This document shows positions 47,195 to 57,040 of a stretch of DNA of 64,000 nt, piece by piece; within the stretch, counting starts at the first letter, position 1; every line of letters begins with the position of its first letter. Location: contig OZ245880.1 in assembly GCA_965229495.1 (NCBI GenBank), positions 2,601,595-2,665,594 on the forward strand. The letters run 5' to 3'. The stretch comes from Gammaproteobacteria bacterium. Its GTDB lineage: Bacteria; Pseudomonadota; Gammaproteobacteria; CBDBNL01; G965229495. A program made the position numbers and the translations under genes. The notes beneath the pieces were generated by a model. It had not been told where the DNA came from, searched no databases, and worked only from the letters and a program-made list of their open reading frames with translations.

Positions 47195-47833
47195 ATGCCG
47201 CCTCTGCAAGAATTCCTGGTCTTGGCGGCTGTGCATTTGCTGGCAGTAGCCTCGCCCGGACCCAACGTTATCGCCTCTATTACTAATTCTGTCACCCACA
47301 GCGTGCGCGCCGGCGTGTTGACCTCTCTGGGCATCGCCATCGGCAATATTTTCCATATCGCATTAGGCATACTGGGTGTGACCGTATTGATGAATACTTA
47401 TCCGGGGATCGGTATTTTCGTCTCCAGCCTGGGTATCGCTTATCTGGCCTATTTGGGCGTAGTAAAAATTCGCACGGGTTTAATGCAGCAAAACAGCACC
47501 AGCTTGCTCGCGGCGAGCAAGGTGTCGGAAAATTTCGTTATCAGTGGCATCGTCATTAACATCACCAGTGTCAAAGCTGTGGTCTTCTTTCTGATGGTCT
47601 TTTCGACCTTGATACCTATCAGCCAAAGCCTGGGCGTAAAGCTTTTTTATGGCTTTTGGATGGCGAGCGTAAATTTCTTATTTTTATCTGGCCTTGCCTG
47701 GCTTTTTGGTCGGAGCAAATTAACCAAGCATAAATTTACTCGCGCAAGCACGATCAATATCATCGGCGGAGCTGCTTACCTTATCGTTGCTGCGCTTATC
47801 CTGCATTCGACTGTGAGCACTTTTACAGTGTGA
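47195..47833 (+). CDS. LysE/RhtB-family translocator
   Basis: ASPGPN, YLAYLG, hydrophobic 212 aa; more AT-rich than neighbours. Confidence 0.88.
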   Translation: MPPLQEFLVLAAVHLLAVASPGPNVIASITNSVTHSVRAGVLTSLGIAIGNIFHIALGILGVTVLMNTYPGIGIFVSSLGIAYLAYLGVVKIRTGLMQQNSTSLLAASKVSENFVISGIVINITSVKAVVFFLMVFSTLIPISQSLGVKLFYGFWMASVNFLFLSGLAWLFGRSKLTKHKFTRASTINIIGGAAYLIVAALILHSTVSTFTV

Positions 47834-47981
47834 GAGTTTTGTACGATTACGAGACCGCCAGCAAAAAGATCGTGTTTGTTCTTAAGCTTTTGCGGCAAAG
47901 CGGAGTTTATTCAGTAGTAAATGAACATTTGCCAATACGCAGCAATGCTGGGGGCGAAAATGGCCTTCTGCAGAGGTCTCA
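47831..47981. mobile_element. ~150-bp MITE/palindromic-element-like repeat, copy 1
   Basis: Homologous in inverted orientation to 63780-63923; degenerate terminal inverted repeats GAGAGTTTTGTA...TGCAGAGGTCTC; core GTTTATTCAGTAGTAAATGA. Confidence 0.65.
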
Positions 47982-48011
47982 GTGCGATGGTCGTAGTATA
48001 TTGGCTCTATC

Positions 48012-48947
48012 CTAAATACTCTCAGCAAAGCCGTCGACGATGGTCGAGGTGGTTACTCTGAGTAGCTCTATGTAGCTGGGTACCGGGCCGTCGGCGCGGC
48101 TGAGCGAGTCGACGTAAAGTACGCCTCCGTACAAGGCTCCGGTTTCGCGCGCTACTTGGCGCGCCGGTCTGTCGGAGATGGTGCTTTCGCTGAACACCAC
48201 TGGTATGTTGTTAGCGCGCACGGCGTCTATGACCTTACGCACTTGCTGCGGTGTGCCTTGCCTGTCAGCGTTTATCGGCCATAGATAAATCTCTTGCATT
48301 TGCAGGTCGCGCGCTAAGTAGCTAAAGGCGCCTTCGCTGGTTACCAGGTAGCGTTGCGCTTCGGGGATGGTGCTGATTTTACGGCTGAGGTCGGCGCGTA
48401 AGTTCACTATTTGCTTTGAGTAGGCTGCGGCGTTGGCGTTGTAGGTTGTGGCGTTGTCCGGGTCTGCTTGTGCCAACGCTTTGCGAATATTATCGATGTA
48501 GATCAGCGCGTTAGTCGGCGACATCCAAGCGTGCGGATTCGGTTTGCCGCTGTAAGGCCCCTCGTAGATCGATAAGGGTTGCACGCCCTCAGATACCACC
48601 ACCGAAGGTACGCCTTCGATGTCTTGCAAGAAGCGCTGAAACCAACGCTCGAGGTTGAGGCCGTTCCAGAGCAGTAAATCCGAGCGTTGCGCTCGCACCA
48701 GATCTTGGGGAGTGGGCTGATAATCGTGGATCTCGGCTCCGGGCTTGGTGATCGAGACCACGCTGGCAGCGTCGCCAGCAACGTTGCGCACCATGTCGGC
48801 TATGATGGTAAAGCTGGTGGCGACTTTGAGCTCGGCGTGCGCGCTGCTGAGGACGGCGCAGAGGAGTAGGGCGAGCGCGTGATGTGGTCTTAATTTTGCT
48901 GGCAGTTTTAGCCAACTAGTGGGGCAGGCAAGCGTAATTTTTTTCAT
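48012..48947 (-). CDS. Mn/Fe ABC transporter substrate-binding protein (SitA/YfeA family)
   Basis: GAEIHDYQPTP, NGLNLERWF, PNPHAWMSP, SEGAFSYL, FSESTIS, YVDSLS. Confidence 0.93.
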   Translation of the reverse strand: MKKITLACPTSWLKLPAKLRPHHALALLLCAVLSSAHAELKVATSFTIIADMVRNVAGDAASVVSITKPGAEIHDYQPTPQDLVRAQRSDLLLWNGLNLERWFQRFLQDIEGVPSVVVSEGVQPLSIYEGPYSGKPNPHAWMSPTNALIYIDNIRKALAQADPDNATTYNANAAAYSKQIVNLRADLSRKISTIPEAQRYLVTSEGAFSYLARDLQMQEIYLWPINADRQGTPQQVRKVIDAVRANNIPVVFSESTISDRPARQVARETGALYGGVLYVDSLSRADGPVPSYIELLRVTTSTIVDGFAESI

Positions 48948-48956
48948 GCTAACGAG

Positions 48957-50534
48957 TTATGAACACCGCCAAGCGAAGTCGACGATGTTGCGTTTGCTCT
49001 CAAGGAATTCAATGCCGATTTGGTAGACTTTGCCCGAGTATTTAGCAGCGTAGCCTTGGCGGATGATTTGTTGTAGGGCGCTGTTGCTTTTCGATTTGCG
49101 CTTGACGACTTTGAATTCGATTACGTAGGTTTGCTCTGCTACTTGGATAGTTAGGTCGATGCGACCAAGGTTGGCGACGTCTTCGGCTATGACTCTGAGA
49201 CCCATGCCGACGAAGAAGCTGTAGATCACCGAGGCGTAGTAGCCTTCGAAGCGGGCGATGTTGTTCTTGCGGTAGTTGTCGGCAGCGATGCTGGCGAAGA
49301 GGCGCTTGAGCTCGGATTCTATGCTGCCGAGGTCGGCTTCGCGCAGGGCTGAGTGCATCGCCTGCTGGTAATCGCTGATTTCATCATCGGTCAAGTAGTA
49401 GCTAAAGAGCTGGTCTTGTAAGGCCGAGCGTACGCTGTGGTTAGGGCAGATAAGGCGATACATACTGCGACCAGGAATGTCGCTGCTGATTAGCTTGTCA
49501 ATGGTCAAATAGCCGCTTTGGAATAAGACAGTGATCAGTTTAACTTTCTCAATCGGACAACTATCCAGAATAGTCTCATTGGCCTCTGATGGCTCTATTT
49601 TATGCGCGGCTAAGTTGTCGCGTGCGATCAAGTCGACGACAAAAGTTGGCGTGCCTGTTTCGAACCAATAACTCCGAAAACGCGGCTCGCCGAAGCTGTA
49701 GCTGCGTTTTATGAAGTTGAGGATGTCGTAGGGGTTGTAGACGGGCTTTTCGCCAAGAAAGTTATAGCCGTTATACCAATGCCGTAGCTGCTCGCGGTCG
49801 ACATCTTGCAAGTACTCAGCGAATACCTTGTTTAAGTCTTCTTCGGTGTAGCCGCAAATACTGCCGTAATCTGGATTTAGGGAAATGTCCTCCAGATTGT
49901 TCAGCCCGCTGAATATCGATACTTTGGAAAATTTGCTCACTCCGGTGAGCATGACGAAGCGTAAGTGTTCGTCTGCGGCTTTGATGACCGAGTAGAAACC
50001 ACGGAGCTCATCGCGCATTTGTAGCGCCAATTCCAGATTGCCAATGTTGTCGATCATCGGCTTGTCGTACTCGTCGATGAGTAGTACTACTTTGCGTCCA
50101 TGCTGTGCGTGCGCCCGCCGTAGTAACTGTTGCAATAATGCCGCTGGTCCACCCGTGTCTGACAACTCCACACCCAGACAACTCGCCGCGTAGCGTAGAT
50201 TATCTTCGAGTGCAAACCTAAGATCGCTAACGTTACCCGAATCACCGCTCATATCAACCTTGATAACTGGATATTTAATCTCCCATTCCCAGTTGTACTC
50301 AGCGTACAAGCCTTGGAATAGCTCGCGTTTGCCTTCGAATAGGTTACGCAGCATATCCAGAAATAAGCTCTTGCCGAAGCGCCGTGGCCGCGAGAGGAAG
50401 TAGAGTTTAGCTTCATTTGCAAGCTTGATTGCGAGCGGTGTTTTATCGACATAGACGCAGCCTGATTCACGCACTTCGGCAAAGGTCTGTAAGCCTAGGG
50501 GCAGTTTGGCGATCTGAGCTTTCGAGATGGTCAC
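48957..50534 (-). CDS. AAA-ATPase-like + PD-(D/E)XK nuclease protein, array copy D (GTG start overlapping upstream stop)
   Basis: YVDKT, RPRRFGKS, LIDEYDKP, LTGVSK, WYNGY, YNP, QSGYLT, GRIDL...VIEFK, ALQQI...Y. Confidence 0.9.
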   Translation of the reverse strand: MTISKAQIAKLPLGLQTFAEVRESGCVYVDKTPLAIKLANEAKLYFLSRPRRFGKSLFLDMLRNLFEGKRELFQGLYAEYNWEWEIKYPVIKVDMSGDSGNVSDLRFALEDNLRYAASCLGVELSDTGGPAALLQQLLRRAHAQHGRKVVLLIDEYDKPMIDNIGNLELALQMRDELRGFYSVIKAADEHLRFVMLTGVSKFSKVSIFSGLNNLEDISLNPDYGSICGYTEEDLNKVFAEYLQDVDREQLRHWYNGYNFLGEKPVYNPYDILNFIKRSYSFGEPRFRSYWFETGTPTFVVDLIARDNLAAHKIEPSEANETILDSCPIEKVKLITVLFQSGYLTIDKLISSDIPGRSMYRLICPNHSVRSALQDQLFSYYLTDDEISDYQQAMHSALREADLGSIESELKRLFASIAADNYRKNNIARFEGYYASVIYSFFVGMGLRVIAEDVANLGRIDLTIQVAEQTYVIEFKVVKRKSKSNSALQQIIRQGYAAKYSGKVYQIGIEFLESKRNIVDFAWRCS

Positions 50535-52123
50535 GATTGAATGTCCGCGTTTGCCCGCCGCCATGCAAAGTCAACGATGTTGCGCTTGGTCTCGGAAAAC
50601 TCGATGCCGATTTGGTAGACTTTGCCCGAGTATTTGGCGGCGTAGCCGCGCTGGATGATTTGTTGTAGGGCGCTGTTGGTTTTCGATTTACGCTTGACGA
50701 CTTTGAATTCGATTACGTAGGTTTGCTCTGCGACTTGGATAGTTAGGTCGATGCGGCCAAGGTTGGCAACGTCTTCGGCTATGACTCTGAGACCCATGCC
50801 GACGAAGAAGCTGTAGATCACCGAGGCGTAGTAGCCTTCGAAATGGGCGATGTTGTTTTTGCGGTAGTTATCGGCGGCGATGCTGGCGAAGAGGCGCTTG
50901 AGCTCGAACTCTATGCTGTCGAGGTCGGCGAGGCGTAGAGCTGAGTGCATCGCCTGTTGGTAATCGCTGATTTCATCATCGGTCAAGTAGTAGCTAAAGA
51001 GCTGGTCTTGCAAGGCCGAGCGTACGCTGTGGTTCGGGCAGATAAGGCGGTACATACTGCGACCAGGGATGTCGCTGCTGATTAGCTTGTCGATGGTCAA
51101 ATAGCCGCTTTGGAATAAGACTGTGATCAGTTTTACTTTCTCAATCGGACAACTATCCAGAATAGTCTCATTAACCTCTGATGGCTCTATTTTGTGCGCG
51201 GCTAAGTTGTCGCGTGCGATTAAGTCGACGACAAAAGTTGGCGTGCCAGTCTCGAACCAGTAACTCCGAAAACGTGGCTCGCCAAAGCTGTAGCTGCGTT
51301 TTATGAAGTTGAGGATGTCGTAGGGGTTGTAAACGGGCTTTTTGCCAAGAAAGTTGTAGCCGTTGTACCAATGGCGGAGCTGCTCACGGTCGACACCGTG
51401 CAAGTACTCAGAGAATACCTCATTTAAGTCTTCTTCGGTGTAGCCGCAGATGCTACCGTAATCTGGATTTAGTGAGATATCCTCCAGATTGTTCAGCCCG
51501 CTGAATATCGATACTTTGGAAAATTTGCTCACTCCGGTGAGCATGACGAAGCGTAAGTGTTCGTCTGCGGCTTTGATGACCGAGTAGAAACCACGAAGCT
51601 CATCGCGCATTTGTAGCGCCAATTCCAAGTTGCCAATGTTGTCGATCATCGGCTTGTCGTACTCGTCGATGAGTAGTACCGTCTTCTGACCATAGTGGTG
51701 ACTGGCGTCTATTATCAGATTATGCAGTTGCATTGGCGCGTCTTGTCCGCGCAAATCCACTCCCAGTTCGATGGCGCTGTTTTCTAGCGAATTAAGTAAA
51801 TTAATGTCTAAGGCTTCTAGCTTGTTGAAATTGCTACTTATGTCAATTTTGATCACTGGGTGGCGGCGCTGCCACTTCCAGTTAGCCTCAGCGTACAAGC
51901 CTTGGAATAACTCGCGTTTGCCTTCGAATAGGTTACGCAGCATATCCAGGAATAAGCTCTTGCCGAAGCGCCGTGGCCGCGAGAGGAAGTAGATGCCAGC
52001 GTTGTTTGCTAAATCCAACGCTTGCGGGGTCTTATCGACATAGACAAAGCCACCTTCGCGAACTTTGGCGAAGGTCTGTAAGCCTAGGGGTAGTCTGGCG
52101 ATCTGAGCTTTCGAGATGGTCAC
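50531..52123 (-). CDS. AAA-ATPase-like + PD-(D/E)XK nuclease protein, array copy C
   Basis: Same motifs; GTGA overlaps on both sides. Confidence 0.9.
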   Translation of the reverse strand: MTISKAQIARLPLGLQTFAKVREGGFVYVDKTPQALDLANNAGIYFLSRPRRFGKSLFLDMLRNLFEGKRELFQGLYAEANWKWQRRHPVIKIDISSNFNKLEALDINLLNSLENSAIELGVDLRGQDAPMQLHNLIIDASHHYGQKTVLLIDEYDKPMIDNIGNLELALQMRDELRGFYSVIKAADEHLRFVMLTGVSKFSKVSIFSGLNNLEDISLNPDYGSICGYTEEDLNEVFSEYLHGVDREQLRHWYNGYNFLGKKPVYNPYDILNFIKRSYSFGEPRFRSYWFETGTPTFVVDLIARDNLAAHKIEPSEVNETILDSCPIEKVKLITVLFQSGYLTIDKLISSDIPGRSMYRLICPNHSVRSALQDQLFSYYLTDDEISDYQQAMHSALRLADLDSIEFELKRLFASIAADNYRKNNIAHFEGYYASVIYSFFVGMGLRVIAEDVANLGRIDLTIQVAEQTYVIEFKVVKRKSKTNSALQQIIQRGYAAKYSGKVYQIGIEFSETKRNIVDFAWRRANADIQS

Positions 52124-53709
52124 GATTTGATGTCCGCGTTTGCGCGCCGCCAAGCGAAGTCGACGATGTTACGCTTGGTCTCTGAAAACTCAATGCCTAT
52201 TTGGTAGACCGGGCCTGAGTATTTGGTAGCGTAGCCTTGGCGGATTATTTGTTGCAGGGCGCTGTTGGTTTTTGACTTGCGCTTGACGACTTTGAATTCG
52301 ATTACGTAGGTTTTTTCTGCAACTTGGATGCTAAGATCAATGCGACCAAGGTTGGCGACGTCCTCGGCTATGACTCTGAGACCCATGCCGACGAAGAAGC
52401 TGTAGATTACCGAGGCGTAGTAGCCTTCGAAGCGGGCGATGTCGTTACGGCGGTAGTTATCGGCGGCGATGCTGGCGAAGAGGCGCTTGAGTTCGGATTC
52501 TACGCTGTCGAGGTCGGCGTTGCGTAGGGCGTGAGATATAGTGCTTCTAAAGCTATCGTTGATGCTACCTGTGTAGTATCTGAACAAGTTGTTTTGTAGT
52601 GCCGAACGCACGCTGTAGTTGGGGCACACAAGCTCGTAGGTTACGGCACCGGGATCGCTATCGTCGACCGAGGCGATAGTCAAGTAGCCGCTCTGGAATA
52701 GAACTGTAGTTGCCTCAATTTTTTCAATAGTGCTGCTCTCGAGGATATCTTCGCTGATGCTCTGTGGCTCTAATTGTTGAGCTCGAACCTGATCGCGCGC
52801 GAGTAGCTCGACGACGAAAGTTGGCGTGGCTGTCTTAAACCAATGATTCTCAAATTTGAATTTGCCAAAGCTGTGGCTGCGATCGATGAAGTTGAGGATG
52901 TCGTAAGGATTGTAGACGGGTTTTTCGCCAAGAAAGTTATAACCGTTGTACCAGTGGCGGAGTTGTTCGCGGTCGACGCCGAGCAAGTACTCGCTGAAGA
53001 CCTCGTTCAAGTCGTCATCGGTGTAGCCGCAAATGCTGCCGTACTGTGGGTTTAAGGAAATGTCTTTGAGGTTATTCAAGCCACTGAATATCGATACTTT
53101 GGCAAATTTACTCACGCCAGTGAGCATGACGAAGCGTAAGTGCTCGTCTGCGGCTTTGATTACCGAGTAGAAACCACGGAGCTGATCGCGCATCTGTAGC
53201 GCCAATTCCAGATTGCCAATATTATCGATCATTGGCTTGTCGTATTCGTCAATTAGTAGTACTACTTGGCGTCCGTGCTGCGCGTGCGCCCGCCGTAGCA
53301 ACTGTTGCAATAATGCCGCTGGTGTGCCCGTGTCTGACAACTCTAAACCCAGACAACTCGCCGCGTAACGTAAATTATCTTCGAGTGCATCCCTAAGATC
53401 GCTAACACTACTCGAATCGCCGCTCATGTCGAGCTTTACCACCGGATATTCGATCTCCCATTCCCAGTTATGCTCGGCGTACAAGCCTTGGAATAACTCG
53501 CGTTTGCCTTCGAATAGGTTACGCAGCATATCCAGGAATAAGCTCTTGCCGAAGCGCCGTGGGCGCGAGAGGAAGTAGATGCCAGCGTTGTTGGCTAAAT
53601 CCAACGCTTGCGGGGTCTTGTCGACATAGACATAGCCACCTTCGCGAACTTTGGCGAAGGTCTGTAAGCCTAGGGGCAGTTTGGCGATCTGAGCTTTCGA
53701 GATGGTCAC
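52120..53709 (-). CDS. AAA-ATPase-like + PD-(D/E)XK nuclease protein, array copy B
   Basis: Same motifs; GTGA overlaps on both sides. Confidence 0.9.
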   Translation of the reverse strand: MTISKAQIAKLPLGLQTFAKVREGGYVYVDKTPQALDLANNAGIYFLSRPRRFGKSLFLDMLRNLFEGKRELFQGLYAEHNWEWEIEYPVVKLDMSGDSSSVSDLRDALEDNLRYAASCLGLELSDTGTPAALLQQLLRRAHAQHGRQVVLLIDEYDKPMIDNIGNLELALQMRDQLRGFYSVIKAADEHLRFVMLTGVSKFAKVSIFSGLNNLKDISLNPQYGSICGYTDDDLNEVFSEYLLGVDREQLRHWYNGYNFLGEKPVYNPYDILNFIDRSHSFGKFKFENHWFKTATPTFVVELLARDQVRAQQLEPQSISEDILESSTIEKIEATTVLFQSGYLTIASVDDSDPGAVTYELVCPNYSVRSALQNNLFRYYTGSINDSFRSTISHALRNADLDSVESELKRLFASIAADNYRRNDIARFEGYYASVIYSFFVGMGLRVIAEDVANLGRIDLSIQVAEKTYVIEFKVVKRKSKTNSALQQIIRQGYATKYSGPVYQIGIEFSETKRNIVDFAWRRANADIKS

Positions 53710-55289
53710 GATTGAATGTCCGCGTTTGCGCGCCGCCAGGCAAAGTCGACGATGTTGCGTTTGGTTTCGAGGAATTCGATGCCGATTTGGTAGACTTTGC
53801 CCGAGTATTTGGCAGCATAGCCTTGGCGGATTATTTGTTGCAGGGCGCTGTTGCTTTTTGATTTGCGCTTGACGACTTTGAACTCGATTACGTAGGTTTT
53901 TTCTGTAACTTGGATGCTGAGATCAATGCGACCAAGGTTGGCGACGTCCTCGGCTATGACTCTGAGACCCATTCCAACGAAGAAGCTATAGATTACCGAG
54001 GCGTAGTAACCTTCGAAGCGGGCGATGTTGTTACGGCGGTAGTTGTCGGCAGCGATGCTGGCGAACAGGCGCTTGAGCTCAGATTCGACGCTGTCGAGGT
54101 CGGCGTTGCGTAGGGCGCGAGATATAGTGCTTCTAAAGCTATCGTCGATGCTACCCGTGTAGTATCTGAACAAGTTATTTTGTAGCGCCGAACGCACGCT
54201 GTAGTTGGGGCACACGAGCTCGTAGGTTACAGCACCAGGGTCGCTATCGTCGACCGAGGCGATAGTCAAATAACCGCTCTGGAATAGAACCGTAGTTGCA
54301 TCAATTTGCTCAATAGTGCTGCTCTCAAGGATGTCTTCGCTGATGCTTTGTGGCTCTAATTGTTGCGCCCGAACCCGATCGCGTGCGAGTAGCTCGACGA
54401 CGAAAGTTGGCGTGGCTGTCTTAAACCAATGATTCTCAAATTTGAATTTGCCAAAGCTCTGGCTGCGATCGACGAAGTTGAGGATGTCGTAGGGGTTGTA
54501 GACCGGCTTTTCGCCAAGAAAGTTATAGCCGTTGTACCAGTGGCGGAGTTGCTCGCGATCCACGCCCTGCAAGTGCTCGCCGAAGACTTCGTCTAAGTCG
54601 TCCTCGGTGTAGCCGCAAACGCTACCATACTTTGGATTTAAGGAAATGTCCTTGAGGTTATTCAAACCGCTGAATATAGATACCTTGGCGAATTTGCTAA
54701 CCCCAGTGAGCATGACGAAGCGCAAGTGTTCGTCTGCGGCTTTGATGACCGAATAAAAATCACGCAACTGATCGCGCATCTGCAGCGCCAATTCCAGATT
54801 GCCGATGTTATCGATCATCGGCTTATCGTATTCGTCTATGAGTAGTACTACTTGGCGCCCGTGCTGATCATATGCTTCTTCGATTAGCTGCTCAAATAAT
54901 TTAACTGGTTCTTCGGTGTTTGAGAGCTCTATGCCGAGGCGCTTGGCGGCGCGGCGTAACTTACCTTCGAGTATCGACCTCAGCGCATTGACGCTACCTG
55001 AAGTTCCACTCATATCGAGCTTTATCACCGGATATTTGATCTCCCATTCCCAGTTGTGCTCAGCGTACAAACCCTGGAATAATTCTTGCTTACCCTCGAA
55101 TAAATTGCGTAGCGTATCCAGGAATAAGCTCTTACCGAAGCGCCGTGGGCGCGCGAGGAAGCAAAATTTAGCTTCATTTGCTAGCTTGAGCGCGAGCGGT
55201 GTTTTGTCGACATAGACATAGTCCGATTTACGCACCTCGGCGAAGGTCTGTAAACCTAGGGGTAGTCGAGTGGCTGAATTTGCTGGCAT
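53706..55289 (-). CDS. AAA-ATPase-like + PD-(D/E)XK nuclease protein, array copy A (ATG 55289)
   Basis: Same motifs; unique N-terminus MPANSATRLPLG. Confidence 0.9.
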   Translation of the reverse strand: MPANSATRLPLGLQTFAEVRKSDYVYVDKTPLALKLANEAKFCFLARPRRFGKSLFLDTLRNLFEGKQELFQGLYAEHNWEWEIKYPVIKLDMSGTSGSVNALRSILEGKLRRAAKRLGIELSNTEEPVKLFEQLIEEAYDQHGRQVVLLIDEYDKPMIDNIGNLELALQMRDQLRDFYSVIKAADEHLRFVMLTGVSKFAKVSIFSGLNNLKDISLNPKYGSVCGYTEDDLDEVFGEHLQGVDREQLRHWYNGYNFLGEKPVYNPYDILNFVDRSQSFGKFKFENHWFKTATPTFVVELLARDRVRAQQLEPQSISEDILESSTIEQIDATTVLFQSGYLTIASVDDSDPGAVTYELVCPNYSVRSALQNNLFRYYTGSIDDSFRSTISRALRNADLDSVESELKRLFASIAADNYRRNNIARFEGYYASVIYSFFVGMGLRVIAEDVANLGRIDLSIQVTEKTYVIEFKVVKRKSKSNSALQQIIRQGYAAKYSGKVYQIGIEFLETKRNIVDFAWRRANADIQS

Positions 55290-55371
55290 AGCTTTTTCTG
55301 TTGTGGAGTCTTGCAAAAATTCACCAACTGGGCAAAACTCTTATGCTTAACAACTCTGGAATCAGTTATTA

Positions 55372-56400
55372 GTGTTGCGTTCAAAATTAAGTCTCCAGCA
55401 GAAGATCAGTTGGCTAGAGCAATTGCGCGTGCTCCTGAGTAACGGCTTAGCCCTTACTCCAGCTCTGGTGATACTGGCGCGTGTCCGCGATTATAGATAC
55501 ATCAGCAGCTCTATAGTAAGCGATGTTAGCGGCGGCTTGCTGTTATCGGAGGCGCTAGGTCGGCTGCCAGATTTTGACGATCTCGACCGCGCTTTGGTGG
55601 CCTACGGCGAACGCACCGATAATTTGCTCGAATTTTTGGGTCAGCTAGCAAATCTCCGCCAGCAGCAACTCAGCAACCGCGACCGAGTAACGCGCGCGCT
55701 GCGCTACCCGCTACTGGTGATATTCGTGGCTACGGTGATCACGCTAGCGCTGATGAGCACGGTGATCCCGGCTTTTGCGCAGATTTTCGCCGACGCCGGG
55801 CAGCAACTACCTTGGCTCAGCCAAAAGGTATTCGCTGCTTCCAATTGGCTCTTGGCGAACTGGCGTACTGTCGTCCTGGCGCTGATCGCACTATTCTTGC
55901 TCGCGCTAGCGCTGCGCTGGACTAGCCTCGCTCGCTACGGCGGCGAGCTTTTGTATTGGTTGCCAGTCATCAGCAACATCCGCACTTGTTACGACCAACT
56001 GCTCACTGTGCAATTTCTGCTCGCGGGGGCGCGGTGTCAGTTGGCAGTCGTGAATTCTCTGCAGCTCTTGCCCGAGGCGACCTTTGCTCGCCGTCAACAG
56101 CTTCGTTTGTGCGTTACTTTGCTTTATTTGCAGCAGGGCGAGCCGCTGATCTCAGCTTTCACCCTTAGCCGTGCTTTGTCGAAAGACGTGCTTCAGCTAT
56201 TGGCTACTGGGGTCAGCAGCGGTGATTTAATCTTTGCCTTGGTCGGTGCGCGGCGTTGGCTGGAGCTGGAGTTGGCGCGCGGTATCGAACGCAGCGTTGC
56301 TGTACTGCAACCGACGCTGAATTTGCTCATGGGCGCTTTTATCGCGCTGGTGGTCGTGGCTATCTACCTGCCGTTGCTCAGCATTGGTCAGGCTTTGTAG
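55372..56400 (+). CDS. Type II secretion F / PilC-family inner-membrane platform protein (divergent)
   Basis: LLSNGLAL, LSEAL, GERT, ALRYP, VIPAFAQIF, LPW, QP...AIYLPL. Confidence 0.8.
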   Translation: MLRSKLSLQQKISWLEQLRVLLSNGLALTPALVILARVRDYRYISSSIVSDVSGGLLLSEALGRLPDFDDLDRALVAYGERTDNLLEFLGQLANLRQQQLSNRDRVTRALRYPLLVIFVATVITLALMSTVIPAFAQIFADAGQQLPWLSQKVFAASNWLLANWRTVVLALIALFLLALALRWTSLARYGGELLYWLPVISNIRTCYDQLLTVQFLLAGARCQLAVVNSLQLLPEATFARRQQLRLCVTLLYLQQGEPLISAFTLSRALSKDVLQLLATGVSSGDLIFALVGARRWLELELARGIERSVAVLQPTLNLLMGAFIALVVVAIYLPLLSIGQAL

Positions 56401-56402
56401 CG

Positions 56403-57023
56403 CTACTGGACTTGAGCGTCGTCGCGAAAAATCTGGCAGGCGTAGAAGATGCGCAAAGCCGCGCTCAGAGCGCAGATCGCAGCAAAGCCGTAAGCCAGCG
56501 GCGCGAAGTAGTTCGGCAGCAAGCACACGAGCACAAAAAAGCCAATAGTCTCAAAGCCCTCGCAGATGCCGCCGAGGTAGTAAATGCCTTTTTGCGGATA
56601 AGCCGTCGAAGTCAAGCCACGGCGCTCGGCAATGAGCGCGAAGGTGAGAAAGCTAATGCCAGTGCCGATAAAGCTGGCTAGTAGTAACGCGGCGGCGAGC
56701 GCGTTGGCGCTGGGGTCTAGCAGCGCGAAGCTTAGTGGGATCAAGGCGTAGAAAATGAAATCGAGCACTATGTCGAGAAAAGCGCCCAAGTCGGTGCTGC
56801 CGCGCGCGCGCGCCAAGGCGCCGTCGAGTCCGTCGCATAGCCTTGATATTAATAACGGTATTAGCGCTAGGAGGGTGTAACCGTAGGCGATGCTGGCGGC
56901 GCTGACGAGCGCGAACAGCAGACCTAGAGCGCTGATAGAGTTGGCGCTAACGCCAGCAGGCACGAGATTGGCGCTTCTTTGCAACCAAGGTTTGAGCTGC
57001 GAGTTGATGCGGGCGTCGAACAT
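56403..57023 (-). CDS. CDP-alcohol phosphatidyltransferase family protein (YnjF-like)
   Basis: DGLDGALAR...GAFLDIVLD motif; KGIYYLGGICEGFET. Confidence 0.88.
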   Translation of the reverse strand: MFDARINSQLKPWLQRSANLVPAGVSANSISALGLLFALVSAASIAYGYTLLALIPLLISRLCDGLDGALARARGSTDLGAFLDIVLDFIFYALIPLSFALLDPSANALAAALLLASFIGTGISFLTFALIAERRGLTSTAYPQKGIYYLGGICEGFETIGFFVLVCLLPNYFAPLAYGFAAICALSAALRIFYACQIFRDDAQVQ

Positions 57024-57040
57024 GGTGTAGTGCTTTGATA

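Noticed and set aside
47830-48015. Short ORFs 47830-48015 and 63677-63877 sharing VYSxVNEHL
   Set aside because: Translations of the non-coding MITE-like repeat; homology is at DNA level with indels
48957-55289. Diversity-generating retroelement as the source of array variation
   Set aside because: No reverse transcriptase in the window; differences are block-wise, not adenine-specific
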